A DNA stretch of 30,232 nucleotides from Spartobacteria bacterium (GTDB lineage Bacteria; Verrucomicrobiota; Verrucomicrobiia; Chthoniobacterales; Chthoniobacteraceae), in the NCBI GenBank assembly GCA_043788785.1, contig JAYVTN010000170.1, forward strand, positions 1 to 30,232, given 5' to 3'. Positions 1-8,432 of this stretch are shown in pieces. Made by a program: the position numbers and the translations under genes. A model generated the notes under the pieces. It was given only the letters and a program-made list of their open reading frames with translations. It ran no database searches and was not told where the DNA came from. Position 1 is the stretch's first letter. Each line of letters begins with the position of its first letter.

Positions 1-1212
1 GCCGAATTGCTCCGAGATGGTGGGAAGGCTCGCGTCCCCGATCGTCAGGCCGGCTGTGTACAGCTTTTGCAGCATGTCCGACAGGGCAGCCATCTGGCCC
101 GGGGTCACAGATCCCCAGATCAGGCGCGGCACGCCCCCGATCTTGCCGTTGATTTGCAGCAGCTGGGCAGCCAGGCCGTCCCTGAGGGTAATCCCGAGGC
201 GCAACGCGTCCCATTGCCGGATGTCTTGACGCACATCTTCTTGCTGATCGCTGGCCCCGGATCCGATCCCGGTTGCCTGGGCCTCGGCGCTCATCGTCTG
301 GCCGAGGATCAGCTTGCTCTTCTCCTTTTGCGCCACGGAATGGAACGCCGCGAAGGCATCCCCGGCGTCCTTGGAACCGGCTTGCTGGATCTCCACATCG
401 GTCTCTTTGGAAATCACGATCCCGAAAAGCCGGGTCGCATTCGAAAAGGCCCGTTCCAGGATCGACCGGGAGCTATCGTCGCTTTGCGCGTACTTGCCGA
501 CCAAAAAGGGTGCGCCGTACCGGTCCAGAAACCGCGCCCATGCGTCGCGGTCCATCGCCGAGAAGAACCACCAAAAAACCAGCGACCGGAACGGCCCGCC
601 CCAGTTATCCGCAGTGCTTAGCAGATGCGCCCTATGGATAATGTACCGGGTGGTATCGGGTTCCAGCAGCTGCCCGTTGGGGTAGCCGGAGGCCGGATCA
701 GTGGCGCGGATCATCATCTTGCCCGTGGACCAATCCAGAAGCTGGTGCGGTACAGGGATCAGCTTGGCAATCCGGTAGCCGCCCGTTGGAAGTGGCGCGT
801 ACACCTTTTCCACCAGCGCCACAGGCCACATGCTAGAGTCCAGCAAGTGAGAGCAGGCATCCAGCCACCCGGGGCAAGCCTTGATCGCCGCATCCAGAAA
901 CTCGGCGGCCTCCACATCGGCCGGGATCTTCTTGTTGGCGGGCTGGACGCTCAGAACATCCCCCAGAACGGCCAGCTTGCGTTTCCCGAGCTCCGTTTGG
1001 ATATGGTTGTCAGCCAGGAGAACATCCCGGTACAGCGCAAACAGGCTGGACGGGTTCCCGGCCTCGGCCTCGGCAAAAATCTCATGGATGCGATCCACAT
1101 TGAGCAGCGTCGCGATGGCTGGCGGCTCGGATCGCGTGTTGTAGATCGTCCGGGTTTGCACCGGCAGACGGCTGAGCACGAATTGTTTGAAGCGTTCGCT
1201 TAGACTAGACAT
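1..1212 (-). CDS. Portal protein (DUF935 / Mu gp29 family), 3' end beyond the window
   Basis: Not in the ORF track; translated by hand from ATG at 1212: MSSLSERFKQ...LFALYRDVLLADNHIQTELGKRKLAVLG...YIIHRAHLL...WGGPFRSLVFWW...WARFLDRYGAPFLVGKY; follows TerL. Confidence 0.9.
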   Translation of the reverse strand, partial: MSSLSERFKQFVLSRLPVQTRTIYNTRSEPPAIATLLNVDRIHEIFAEAEAGNPSSLFALYRDVLLADNHIQTELGKRKLAVLGDVLSVQPANKKIPADVEAAEFLDAAIKACPGWLDACSHLLDSSMWPVALVEKVYAPLPTGGYRIAKLIPVPHQLLDWSTGKMMIRATDPASGYPNGQLLEPDTTRYIIHRAHLLSTADNWGGPFRSLVFWWFFSAMDRDAWARFLDRYGAPFLVGKYAQSDDSSRSILERAFSNATRLFGIVISKETDVEIQQAGSKDAGDAFAAFHSVAQKEKSKLILGQTMSAEAQATGIGSGASDQQEDVRQDIRQWDALRLGITLRDGLAAQLLQINGKIGGVPRLIWGSVTPGQMAALSDMLQKLYTAGLTIGDASLPTISEQFG

Positions 1213-1912
1213 TGAGATTCCTCTGGTTGATGTGAGACCCGGCATACGGGTTTTTGAGCCAACTGGCGGCACCGGAGCCTTTGGCCATCGGCGCGGTTGG
1301 GACCGCAGTAGCTTCAGCCCGTGCGCCGCCCGCCCCGATCAGCGCATGGAGGGCCGCCGAGATCGAGCAGAACCCATCCGCGTGATTGCCCACCTCATCC
1401 ACCTCGGCGCTAAACGTCCCGCCCGTGCGCACCGGCTGGCGCAGATCCGCTTGCACCCAGGGATAATCCGGCACCGCCAGATACCCATCCTCGATCGTAT
1501 TCACGACCAGGTTGCCGAGGTACGCCTTCACGCTCATCTTTTGCCCGAGATACATCGTGGCTTCGCTTTCAATGACCAGCTCCACCGGGCAGATCCCGGC
1601 CAGCTCCCGTTTCAGCGTTGCACAATAAAACCGCTCATTGGTAGCCAGCGCGCCCACACTCCGGGCCCGCAACCCATGCGGCAGCGTCACAACCTCCCGC
1701 ATCAGCCACGAGGTCACCCGTGGATCCGAGGTCTTGAACCTCAGCAGCAGCCGCACATAAAACATCAGCCCCACCTGTTGGATGACAGCAATCGAACTAG
1801 GGTTGCTTTTCTTGTTCGTCGTCGTGGCAGGATCCAGGCCCACGCCAATCCTCCGATGATCCGGCGAAAACGCGTCCCGCCAGCCAGTAGGCAGCACATC
1901 AGCGGGTTTCAC
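1205..1912 (-). CDS. Terminase large subunit, C-terminal RNase H-like nuclease module (separate ORF)
   Basis: IGVGLDPATT motif, late HADGFCS acidic motif; GTGA overlap with the ATPase ORF; lies directly before the portal. Confidence 0.8.
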   Translation of the reverse strand: MKPADVLPTGWRDAFSPDHRRIGVGLDPATTTNKKSNPSSIAVIQQVGLMFYVRLLLRFKTSDPRVTSWLMREVVTLPHGLRARSVGALATNERFYCATLKRELAGICPVELVIESEATMYLGQKMSVKAYLGNLVVNTIEDGYLAVPDYPWVQADLRQPVRTGGTFSAEVDEVGNHADGFCSISAALHALIGAGGARAEATAVPTAPMAKGSGAASWLKNPYAGSHINQRNLNV

Positions 1913-2817
1913 GCGGCATCCTCCGAGATCACAGCTTCCGTGATATTGCTACCCACGCAAAACGAGCGCCCGGCCACCATAGCGCGCTGGATCGCCGCCG
2001 CCGAGATCGCGGCAGTGCCCCCGGCCAGAAACTCCAGCGCATAGTTGCGGTCCCACCCGGCCCGGTCCGGTTCCGTCGACCGATGTTCCTCTGGAGTGAT
2101 TGGCAGACCCGAATCCGGATGATACAGCGGCACGCCCGCTTCGTGCGCATCCCAGGCATCCAGGCGATGCACCATGATCCCGCTTGGCGATTTGTACCAA
2201 TTGCCCGTTGCCGAGGTCTCCCATTCCTGTTCAGGCGGCTGGAAGAGTTCGAAAGAAAAATGCTTATCGTCCGGGGGCGGCGTAGTCGCCAGGCGCATCA
2301 CAAGCCCCGGATTACTCGACATAAACGGCGTGATCGCCTCAAAAACCGCCTTGGCATTTGGCCACCGCCCGATCTCATCACCATAGATATGGCTGGTCCA
2401 GCCGACCGCCGTATCCGGATTGGGCGCTATGACCCGGGAGCGCGAACACGTTGTGCGGTCATGCCAAAGCTTCGTCTCCAATTTCGAGTGTTCGAAGAGA
2501 TCCGTCATTGCGTCCAGGTCAAGGCCATCGGCATTGCTCTCAAATTTAAGGCCCACCTTTTCGGCAGCTTGCTTATAGAGCTTCAGGAACCCGGCCCAGA
2601 TCTGGGCTTCTTTGAGAATCACCTCAGAGCCCAGGGCAATACTTGCGCTGATGAAAGTCACCAGGCATCCCGGCGTGGCCATCATCCGATCCAGCGCTTC
2701 GCTTGCCAGCACATGCGACTTACCCTTTTGCCGACTCCACAGCATGAAGAGCCGTCGCAGCTTGTGCCGGAATACCGCCCGCTGGTAAGCCCGAAGTTGG
2801 ATCAGTGGCTGGCTCAT
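1909..2817 (-). CDS. Terminase large subunit, N-terminal ATPase module (Mu gp28-like)
   Basis: LRAYQ Q-motif, WSRQKGKS Walker A, HIYGDEIG Walker B, ATTP motif III. Confidence 0.88.
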   Translation of the reverse strand: MSQPLIQLRAYQRAVFRHKLRRLFMLWSRQKGKSHVLASEALDRMMATPGCLVTFISASIALGSEVILKEAQIWAGFLKLYKQAAEKVGLKFESNADGLDLDAMTDLFEHSKLETKLWHDRTTCSRSRVIAPNPDTAVGWTSHIYGDEIGRWPNAKAVFEAITPFMSSNPGLVMRLATTPPPDDKHFSFELFQPPEQEWETSATGNWYKSPSGIMVHRLDAWDAHEAGVPLYHPDSGLPITPEEHRSTEPDRAGWDRNYALEFLAGGTAAISAAAIQRAMVAGRSFCVGSNITEAVISEDAA

Positions 2818-2820
2818 CGC

Positions 2821-3468
2821 TCAATCCTCAATCACCGCGCCAAACATCAGCTGGCGGAGCTCGGCGATCTTCACATCCGGTTTGGAGGATTTGTCCGCGG
2901 CGATCTCGGCTGCCCGCTTATCGGCATACCACTTCAGGAAAAGCGTGCAGGTAGACACTTGGAACTTGGCTTCGTCCAATGCCAGCGCCCGTTCATCCAT
3001 CGCCAGCTTTATATCCTGTTGGCCCACCTTCTTCTCATTGGCCTTCGCAATTTGCAGCTTCGCCAGCTGCCCGAGGATCCCGATCCAGTTCTCCGGCTTG
3101 TCCGCCAGTAACCCCTTCAAATTGTCGGGATCAAATGCCTCCAAGACCTCCATCAGCTGGCCGCCCGCGATCGCGGCCGGCAGATCCATCGACCCGCCGC
3201 CGGCTTCCGCCATCCGCAGGCAATACTCACTGAGCTGCTTGGTCCGTTCCACCTTGTCTTGCTTTTGCAGCCAATCGGCAAACCCGCCGCCGCGCCACTC
3301 GCTCAGGTTTTGCGGGCTGATCGCCGCCGGGCCGTAGAGTTTCCCCGTCTTATTTAGCCAGGCTAAAATCGTGGGCCCGTCCTCATTGTCCAGGAGCCGC
3401 TGGTTGAGGCTCTCCCGGAGAGTGTGGGGCAGGCGTGCGATCTTTCCTCGGCGGGTTACATTGGGCAT
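2821..3468 (-). CDS. Terminase small subunit (Mu gp27 / DUF3486-like)
   Basis: RRGKIARLPHTLRESLNQRL N-terminus typical of the family; directly upstream of TerL. Confidence 0.75.
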   Translation of the reverse strand: MPNVTRRGKIARLPHTLRESLNQRLLDNEDGPTILAWLNKTGKLYGPAAISPQNLSEWRGGGFADWLQKQDKVERTKQLSEYCLRMAEAGGGSMDLPAAIAGGQLMEVLEAFDPDNLKGLLADKPENWIGILGQLAKLQIAKANEKKVGQQDIKLAMDERALALDEAKFQVSTCTLFLKWYADKRAAEIAADKSSKPDVKIAELRQLMFGAVIED

Positions 3469-3477
3469 GACAAAACT

Positions 3478-3527
3478 ACCCTACCGACAATGCCCGGGGA
3501 ATCATGGAGCGCTGGCAACGCTGGAAT
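3478..3527 (-). promoter_or_regulatory. Putative late promoter, copy 1 (terS)
   Basis: ATTCCAGCG TTGCCAGCG CTCCATGA N18 TAGGGT, then 9 nt to ATG; same spacing as the copies at 8347-8396 and 19533-19582. Confidence 0.65.
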
Positions 3528-3548
3528 CTCCCGGCCCGCCCGGCCCTC

Positions 3549-4172
3549 TCAGGGCAGGAAACGCACCGCGATACCGCGTTGCTGCATCCGCTTGAGCACG
3601 GCGCACACACCCAGCTGCGCATCCACGGCATTGGCGGAAAACCGGCCATCGGCCACAAACTTACCAGAGCGATAAATCGAAGTGCCGCTCCAAAGATAGG
3701 GCGAGACCAACCCCCGCGACTGATACCCAAGCCCGTTATAGCTTTCTGCCGCTTGCAGGGCAGGTGCCAGCTGGCTCCAATTCCGCAGGTGCAGCCGCTC
3801 GTACCCATACAGGGCATCCTCAGCCGATTGCCGCCAAGTATAGGGCGGCTCCACATTCGGGATCCGGCCTTTTGGAACCAGCCGGGTCCGCTGGTTCAGT
3901 GGCGACCCTTCATGCAGGTGGCACCGGAACGAGTTGTCCGACTCCCGCATATGGAGCGCGAAGATTACAGGCGCTGGCACGCCATTAGCCTGGCTCTTCT
4001 CCACAGACTCGTAGATTCCAGCGGTCCGCTGGTAGCGGGCCACCGCTTGCTCGAGCCGGATGAAGTCGCGGGGATTAAGCGTGGCTTGGTTCCAGCGCGC
4101 AGCGTGGTCAGGCTCAGCAGATGCAAATCCGCATGACAGGCAAAAGAGCGCAATCGAAAGCAGTACATTCAT
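3549..4172 (-). CDS. Endolysin, lysozyme-like family, with N-terminal signal peptide
   Basis: IFALHMRES catalytic-Glu region, ESYNGLGY, SPYLWSGT, GKFVADG motifs; hydrophobic N-terminus ending ASA-E. Confidence 0.8.
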   Translation of the reverse strand: MNVLLSIALFCLSCGFASAEPDHAARWNQATLNPRDFIRLEQAVARYQRTAGIYESVEKSQANGVPAPVIFALHMRESDNSFRCHLHEGSPLNQRTRLVPKGRIPNVEPPYTWRQSAEDALYGYERLHLRNWSQLAPALQAAESYNGLGYQSRGLVSPYLWSGTSIYRSGKFVADGRFSANAVDAQLGVCAVLKRMQQRGIAVRFLP

Positions 4173-4180
4173 GAATCCTT

Positions 4181-4369
4181 TCAGTGGCTTCGTGTCCGGA
4201 TCTGTGCGGCCGCTTCAACCAAAGCAACTAGCTCATTGCGACGGGCCGCCTCTTTAGCCGCCGCTAACGCGGCAAGCCTCGGCTCATGGAGCGCGCGGAT
4301 AATGTCCCCGCCGAATATCAGTGCCGCCACAACCAGCGCGATCACAGACGTTAGGAGGGAATCACCCAT
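4181..4369 (-). CDS. Small single-TM protein of the lysis cassette
   Basis: 62 aa, N-terminal hydrophobic helix, tight spacing in the operon. Confidence 0.55.
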   Translation of the reverse strand: MGDSLLTSVIALVVAALIFGGDIIRALHEPRLAALAAAKEAARRNELVALVEAAAQIRTRSH

Positions 4370-4375
4370 AACACC

Positions 4376-4708
4376 TCAGCGGCTTACCGAAGCCGCGATG
4401 ATGCAGATCCCGAGGAAAATCACACCCTTGGTCACCACAGTCAGGATCAACCGGGTCCGCGCATCCAGCGCCTGCCATTCGCGGTCGTACAGGCCCGAGT
4501 GGCTATCGGCATCGATCGTGTCCCGGTAATGCAAATGAACAATCAGCCGGCTCAGCACCGCAGCCAGGCTGGCCACCGCGAATATGAACAGCAGCGGGCC
4601 GAACAGATCAAACGCCCGATGATTGAGCGTCAGCAGCACGGACACAATGGCCAGCAAAATTAGATGCCAGGAGCGCCCGAGGAACGTGATGAACGGAATG
4701 TTCGGCAT
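4376..4708 (-). CDS. Putative holin (about 3 TM segments)
   Basis: 110 aa with three hydrophobic stretches, next to the endolysin. Confidence 0.55.
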   Translation of the reverse strand: MPNIPFITFLGRSWHLILLAIVSVLLTLNHRAFDLFGPLLFIFAVASLAAVLSRLIVHLHYRDTIDADSHSGLYDREWQALDARTRLILTVVTKGVIFLGICIIAASVSR

Positions 4709-4714
4709 AGTGGT

Positions 4715-5314
4715 TCAGATGAATTTGAGGAACGGCAAATACTGGCGGGCCACAAAAAACCCGGCCACGAGCAACACCAGCCCGAGGCAATATCCCCGCC
4801 AGCGCCATTTCAGCCCGGCCTCCACAGATGTGCGGGTCCGTTGCGTCGCCAGATCCTTGGTAAGCGTCTCCACCCGGTCCAGCGCTAGATTCTTTTCCGA
4901 GATGGTGGCCACCACCAGATCCGTTTGCCGGTCGATCTCGCCTTGCAGCGTGCCCGCCAGCGCATCGCTCTTGGCCAGCGCGGCTGACACCTCATCGACC
5001 TTGGTCGCCGCCCCGCTCAGCTCCGCCTGGGCCCCGGCCAGCTGGCCTTGCAGCTCAGTCACCACAGGCCGGGCTTCCACTGGCGACACGCGCAGCAGCG
5101 CGGCGGCGTTGGCTTGCGCAGCGCCAATATGCGTCCGGGCAGCCTGGACATGGCCCCGGCTTTCCACCAGCGCCCCCCTTGCAGCCAATGTCGCTGCACG
5201 GATCCCGATCGTGCTCGGCGGCGTATGGACGATCTGGCGGGCCGCCCGGTGCGCGCACCCGGCGACCATTGCCACCATGGCGCAGAGCATCAGCGAGCGC
5301 AGCGCGGGCTTCAC
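4715..5314 (-). CDS. Lipoprotein with C-terminal TM helix; candidate unimolecular spanin
   Basis: Lipobox VAG-C at residue 20, Ala/Leu-rich helical middle, C-terminal YCLGLVLLVAGFFVA; in the lysis cassette. Confidence 0.6.
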   Translation of the reverse strand: MKPALRSLMLCAMVAMVAGCAHRAARQIVHTPPSTIGIRAATLAARGALVESRGHVQAARTHIGAAQANAAALLRVSPVEARPVVTELQGQLAGAQAELSGAATKVDEVSAALAKSDALAGTLQGEIDRQTDLVVATISEKNLALDRVETLTKDLATQRTRTSVEAGLKWRWRGYCLGLVLLVAGFFVARQYLPFLKFI

Positions 5315-5580
5315 GCGACGCCCTCGCGTTCGGCAGCCAACACCCCTTCGCTGGTTGCCTGGTAATGCGGCGTCGCCCCGTCCCCGTCCGGCGTCATCGC
5401 CACATGCTTGCGCCCCACCAAAAATACCAGCGCATCATTGATTTGCTCCTGGCTGAAATCGTTGCCCTCGGCGTTGACCCGGCGCCGGATCGTCTCATTG
5501 GTGAATGCCAGGCGTTGCCGGTTGGCGAGCCATCCCCGCACTTCCTTCCGGCATTCTTCGCGGCGTTGTTGGTCGCTCAT
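5311..5580 (-). CDS. Mu gp26-like small winged-helix protein
   Basis: Probable start MSDQQRREECR at 5580; INDALVFLVGRKHV...YQATSEGVLAAE; typical of genes upstream of Mu-like TerS. Confidence 0.55.
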   Translation of the reverse strand: MSDQQRREECRKEVRGWLANRQRLAFTNETIRRRVNAEGNDFSQEQINDALVFLVGRKHVAMTPDGDGATPHYQATSEGVLAAEREGVA

Positions 5581-5945
5581 AGATATTCTTTCCCCCGCGA
5601 TTTGGATTCCAGTTTCCCGATCTCTCGACACACATCGTTGGAAAACGACTGGAGGGTTCGTTGCTGCGCATCCAGTTTGTCAAAAATGGCCGCGATGTCC
5701 TTGCTCTGCCTCTCTTCCATGGCGGCGAGCTCCCCCTTGGTCGCGTACACCGTGTGCATGGGGGGCTTGGACCGCAGCCGGTCCCAGATCGTCACCGCCG
5801 AAGAGAGCGCTCCTAGCAGGCTAACCCCGATCGCGCACAATAACCCCACCACGAGCATCTGCACATTGCCCGGCGTAGCATTGGCATCCGCCAGGGTGCT
5901 GATGTAGCCGACGAGCGGCAGGAATTGGATCAGGAGCAGTGTCAT
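5577..5945 (-). CDS. Membrane-anchored coiled-coil protein (Mu gp25 / DUF2730-like)
   Basis: Real gene is the C-terminal part of track ORF 5577..6401; TM segment followed by YATKGELAAMEERQ coiled coil; start at 5945 or 5954. Confidence 0.55.
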   Translation of the reverse strand: MTLLLIQFLPLVGYISTLADANATPGNVQMLVVGLLCAIGVSLLGALSSAVTIWDRLRSKPPMHTVYATKGELAAMEERQSKDIAAIFDKLDAQQRTLQSFSNDVCREIGKLESKSRGKEYL

Positions 5946-5953
5946 AGGCCCCA

Positions 5954-6004
5954 TCCATAAGCTGGCCCGCGCGTCCAGTCGCGGAGCCGTGGCGACCGTG
6001 GAAA
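5954..6004 (-). promoter_or_regulatory. Putative late promoter, copy 2 (lysis cassette), weak -10
   Basis: TTTCCACGG TCGCCACGG CTCCGCGA then N18-19 and TTATGGA; located in the gap ahead of the lysis genes. Confidence 0.45.
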
Positions 6005-6121
6005 CCTCGCCCGGTAAAAAGAGCTCCGTACTCTCCGCCTTATACCAGCGCCGCCGCCTGCCTGAACTTCTCCGCGATTTGGGCGGGAGAAAGCCCAGCG
6101 CCGCGCCGATACGCTTGTCGC

Positions 6122-6607
6122 TCAGGGCACCAACCCAAGGATTTGTTCGCGTCGCTCGCCGGTGATCACCCCGAGCTGCACGAGCGCGGACATCGCGGCT
6201 AGTAGGTCGGTGTCGTCGCTGCGGACCTCGGTGGTCGTGGTGAGCTTGAGCCGCATCAAGTCCACCTGCACGTTCGCGCGGGCGGACTTGATGAATGCCA
6301 GCAGTTCGGGGTCGGTGAACAGGCGGCGGAACACGCCGATGGTCCACGTCTTCACGGGCGCTGGCGGCTTGGGCCGCACGACCCAGCCCGCATCCGTCCA
6401 CATCATCCGGGCGTCGAGGATGGCTTTGATCGTGGTCACCGCCCCATTGAGCAACATCGGCAGTTGCTTGCTGGTGCGGAGAGTTGCGACCTCAGCCGCT
6501 TGCTCGTCGGTTAGTTCAGCGGTCGTGCAGTCTGGTGGATGCGAAGTGACGGGATGATCCAAGACCGTCATAATCTCTCCGCGCGGGCCGATCAGGGCGT
6601 AGTTCAT
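6122..6607 (-). CDS. Tail-fibre-associated or assembly protein
   Basis: C-terminal FRRLFTDPEL...VRSDD...LVQLGVITGERREQIL motif, seen in phage genes that follow fibre genes. Confidence 0.55.
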   Translation of the reverse strand: MNYALIGPRGEIMTVLDHPVTSHPPDCTTAELTDEQAAEVATLRTSKQLPMLLNGAVTTIKAILDARMMWTDAGWVVRPKPPAPVKTWTIGVFRRLFTDPELLAFIKSARANVQVDLMRLKLTTTTEVRSDDTDLLAAMSALVQLGVITGERREQILGLVP

Positions 6608-6616
6608 AGTGGAAAA

Positions 6617-7639
6617 TTAAAGGTCTGCGATAACAGTGAGCCCGCCGTAGGTGGAGCCGTAGCCCGTGGCTGCGGTGGGAACGTGGATTTCGGTGGCCGC
6701 GATGGCGGTAAAGGCGCCTCCCAATGTTGGCGCGGCAAGCGCGAGGCAACTCAGGTAGGTGAGGCCGTAGCAGTAGGCGAGTGCGGAATAGCCGATGCTT
6801 GTAAGTCCAGAGGGCAGGGTCAGGCTGGTGAGGCCGTCGCAGTAGAAGAGTGCGTAATCGCCAATGGTCGTGAGGCCATCGGGTAGCGTCAGGCTGGTGA
6901 GGCCGTCGCAGCCGTAAAGTGCGTAATCGCCAATGGTCGTGAGGCCAGAAGGGAGTGTCAGACTCGTGAGGCCGGTGCAGAGGGCGAGTGCGGAAACGCC
7001 GATGGACGTGAGGCCAGCGGGCAGGGTCAGGCTTGTGAGGCTGGTGCACTCGGTGAGTGCGTTATCAGCAAGTGCGGTCATGGCGACCAATGGCGACAAG
7101 TCCAAAGCCGTCAGCGACCAACGCCCGGTGAAGATCGTGACATTGACGCAGCCCGTGAAATCGAACACGACGCTGTCGGTGCCTTCTACGTGGAGGCTTG
7201 TCGCTTCCGCCGGATTCCCCAGATACACGTCACTTCCAACCAGATGAAAGGCCGTGCTTCCGCCCGTTACCGTCCACCCGGAGATGTCCATGACGTTCCA
7301 CGCAAAGAGTAAGGATACGACCGACTTCGTCAGCACGCCGCTGTTGAGGAAATACGTGCCATCTTGCGGGTCGGTGGTAGGGAGAGCGCCAAGCAGGTTG
7401 TCAAGCGCCGAGGGAACGTTCGTGAGGTCGGAGAGGTTACTGGCCTTCGCGAGTCTGTCCGCGCTGCTCGCGTCGCTTCCGTCGGTGCCGTTGGTCCCGT
7501 TGGCTCCCGGCAAGCCCGCCACGACCACCGCGCCCGCCGAGCTGATCACGCGCAGCGTGTCGGTATCGTCAATATACAGCCCCGCTTTTCCGGCCGGTGG
7601 CGCAACTGGGGCGTCTGCGAGTTTGGGTAGTTGGATCAT
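6617..7639 (-). CDS. Putative receptor-binding or fibre protein with BspA-type (LRR_5) repeats
   Basis: Short collagen-like GXY run (GLPGANGTNGTDG), then five 23-aa repeats CxxLTSLTLPxGLTxIGxxALxx. Confidence 0.75.
   Translation of the reverse strand: MIQLPKLADAPVAPPAGKAGLYIDDTDTLRVISSAGAVVVAGLPGANGTNGTDGSDASSADRLAKASNLSDLTNVPSALDNLLGALPTTDPQDGTYFLNSGVLTKSVVSLLFAWNVMDISGWTVTGGSTAFHLVGSDVYLGNPAEATSLHVEGTDSVVFDFTGCVNVTIFTGRWSLTALDLSPLVAMTALADNALTECTSLTSLTLPAGLTSIGVSALALCTGLTSLTLPSGLTTIGDYALYGCDGLTSLTLPDGLTTIGDYALFYCDGLTSLTLPSGLTSIGYSALAYCYGLTYLSCLALAAPTLGGAFTAIAATEIHVPTAATGYGSTYGGLTVIADL
6752..7066 (-). repeat. 69-bp coding tandem repeats (LRR units)
   Basis: Units start at 7066, 6997, 6928, 6859 and 6790. 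Confidence 0.9.
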
Positions 7640-7656
7640 AAAAAAAGAGGATGCGG

Positions 7657-8340
7657 TCAGAGAACTACGAGGCGGCCGGTGCCGGCGAATGTCAGGGTGC
7701 CTGCCACGTCGAATCCGCGCAGCACGATCAGATCCCGGCCATCGGGGATCACCAGTGTTTGCCCGGCTGGCACGCCCTGGGGGCTGCCGATCTGGGCCAG
7801 CGTTAGCACATCGCCGGGCGGCGGATATGGCGGGTCGCCTGCGACCGGCGCACCTTCGCCCCCGGTCACTCCCGAGCGGATCGTAGCGGGGAATTGAAAA
7901 CTGAGCCGCGACGTGTTGGCCGCGTTGCGGATCTGGACGGTCACCACGACTGCCAGGCGTCCGTCCGTTGTCGCCGTTACCGCCGCGATCAGCGGCACGG
8001 TGTTGAGGTCCAGCGCCGCTTCGTACCGGTAGCCGTCCTCGGCATCCGCCCCCTCGTGGATCTCCGTAAAGTCCACGGCCGAAAAAAGGAACCCGTCCGC
8101 ATCGGGATCATTGGCCGCCCGGCCCCCGACCAGGATCGTATCGCCCGCCTCAATGGCGATAGCCGTTAGCGATGTCAGTTCCGTGGACCCGCGTTTGAGG
8201 ATCCGCACGCGCAGCGTGAAATCGTCCCGCAAGATCCAGACCACCGCCGCCGCTGTGCTCGTCGATGTCGCGCCTGCCAGCAACGGGGCAGCCGGCCCCC
8301 GCGACGAGTCTAGGAATACATCAAAATACCGGCTGAACAT
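7657..8340 (-). CDS. Putative tail-fibre or baseplate attachment protein
   Basis: First gene of a late operon, beta-rich, immediately upstream of the LRR gene. Confidence 0.45.
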   Translation of the reverse strand: MFSRYFDVFLDSSRGPAAPLLAGATSTSTAAAVVWILRDDFTLRVRILKRGSTELTSLTAIAIEAGDTILVGGRAANDPDADGFLFSAVDFTEIHEGADAEDGYRYEAALDLNTVPLIAAVTATTDGRLAVVVTVQIRNAANTSRLSFQFPATIRSGVTGGEGAPVAGDPPYPPPGDVLTLAQIGSPQGVPAGQTLVIPDGRDLIVLRGFDVAGTLTFAGTGRLVVL

Positions 8341-8346
8341 CCCGAC

Positions 8347-8396
8347 ACCCTACCACCCATTGCCCCAAGGTCATGTCGCGGTGGCGATGCTGGAAA
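8347..8396 (-). promoter_or_regulatory. Putative late promoter, copy 3 (fibre operon)
   Basis: TTTCCAGCA TCGCCACCG CGACATGA N18 TAGGGT, then 6 nt to ATG 8340. Confidence 0.65.
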
Positions 8397-8432
8397 CTGC
8401 CCCGGGGGGCGGATGAAGAAGAGTCGGCGCTC

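Noticed and set aside
7-3111. Long plus-strand ORFs (7..621, 625..1203, 1187..2044, 2083..3111)
   Set aside because: Antisense shadows of the portal and terminase genes in high-GC DNA.
5577-6401. 274-aa ORF as one gene
   Set aside because: Its 5' half overlaps the better gene 6122..6607 and crosses a promoter motif; only 5577..5945/5954 is credible.
6122-8340. Gin-type invertible tail-fibre segment
   Set aside because: No serine invertase and no flanking inverted repeats seen.
8341-8432. Internal left end (attL) beside the moron genes
   Set aside because: No TG terminus with AGTTGAAA boxes; the interval instead holds the late promoter motif.
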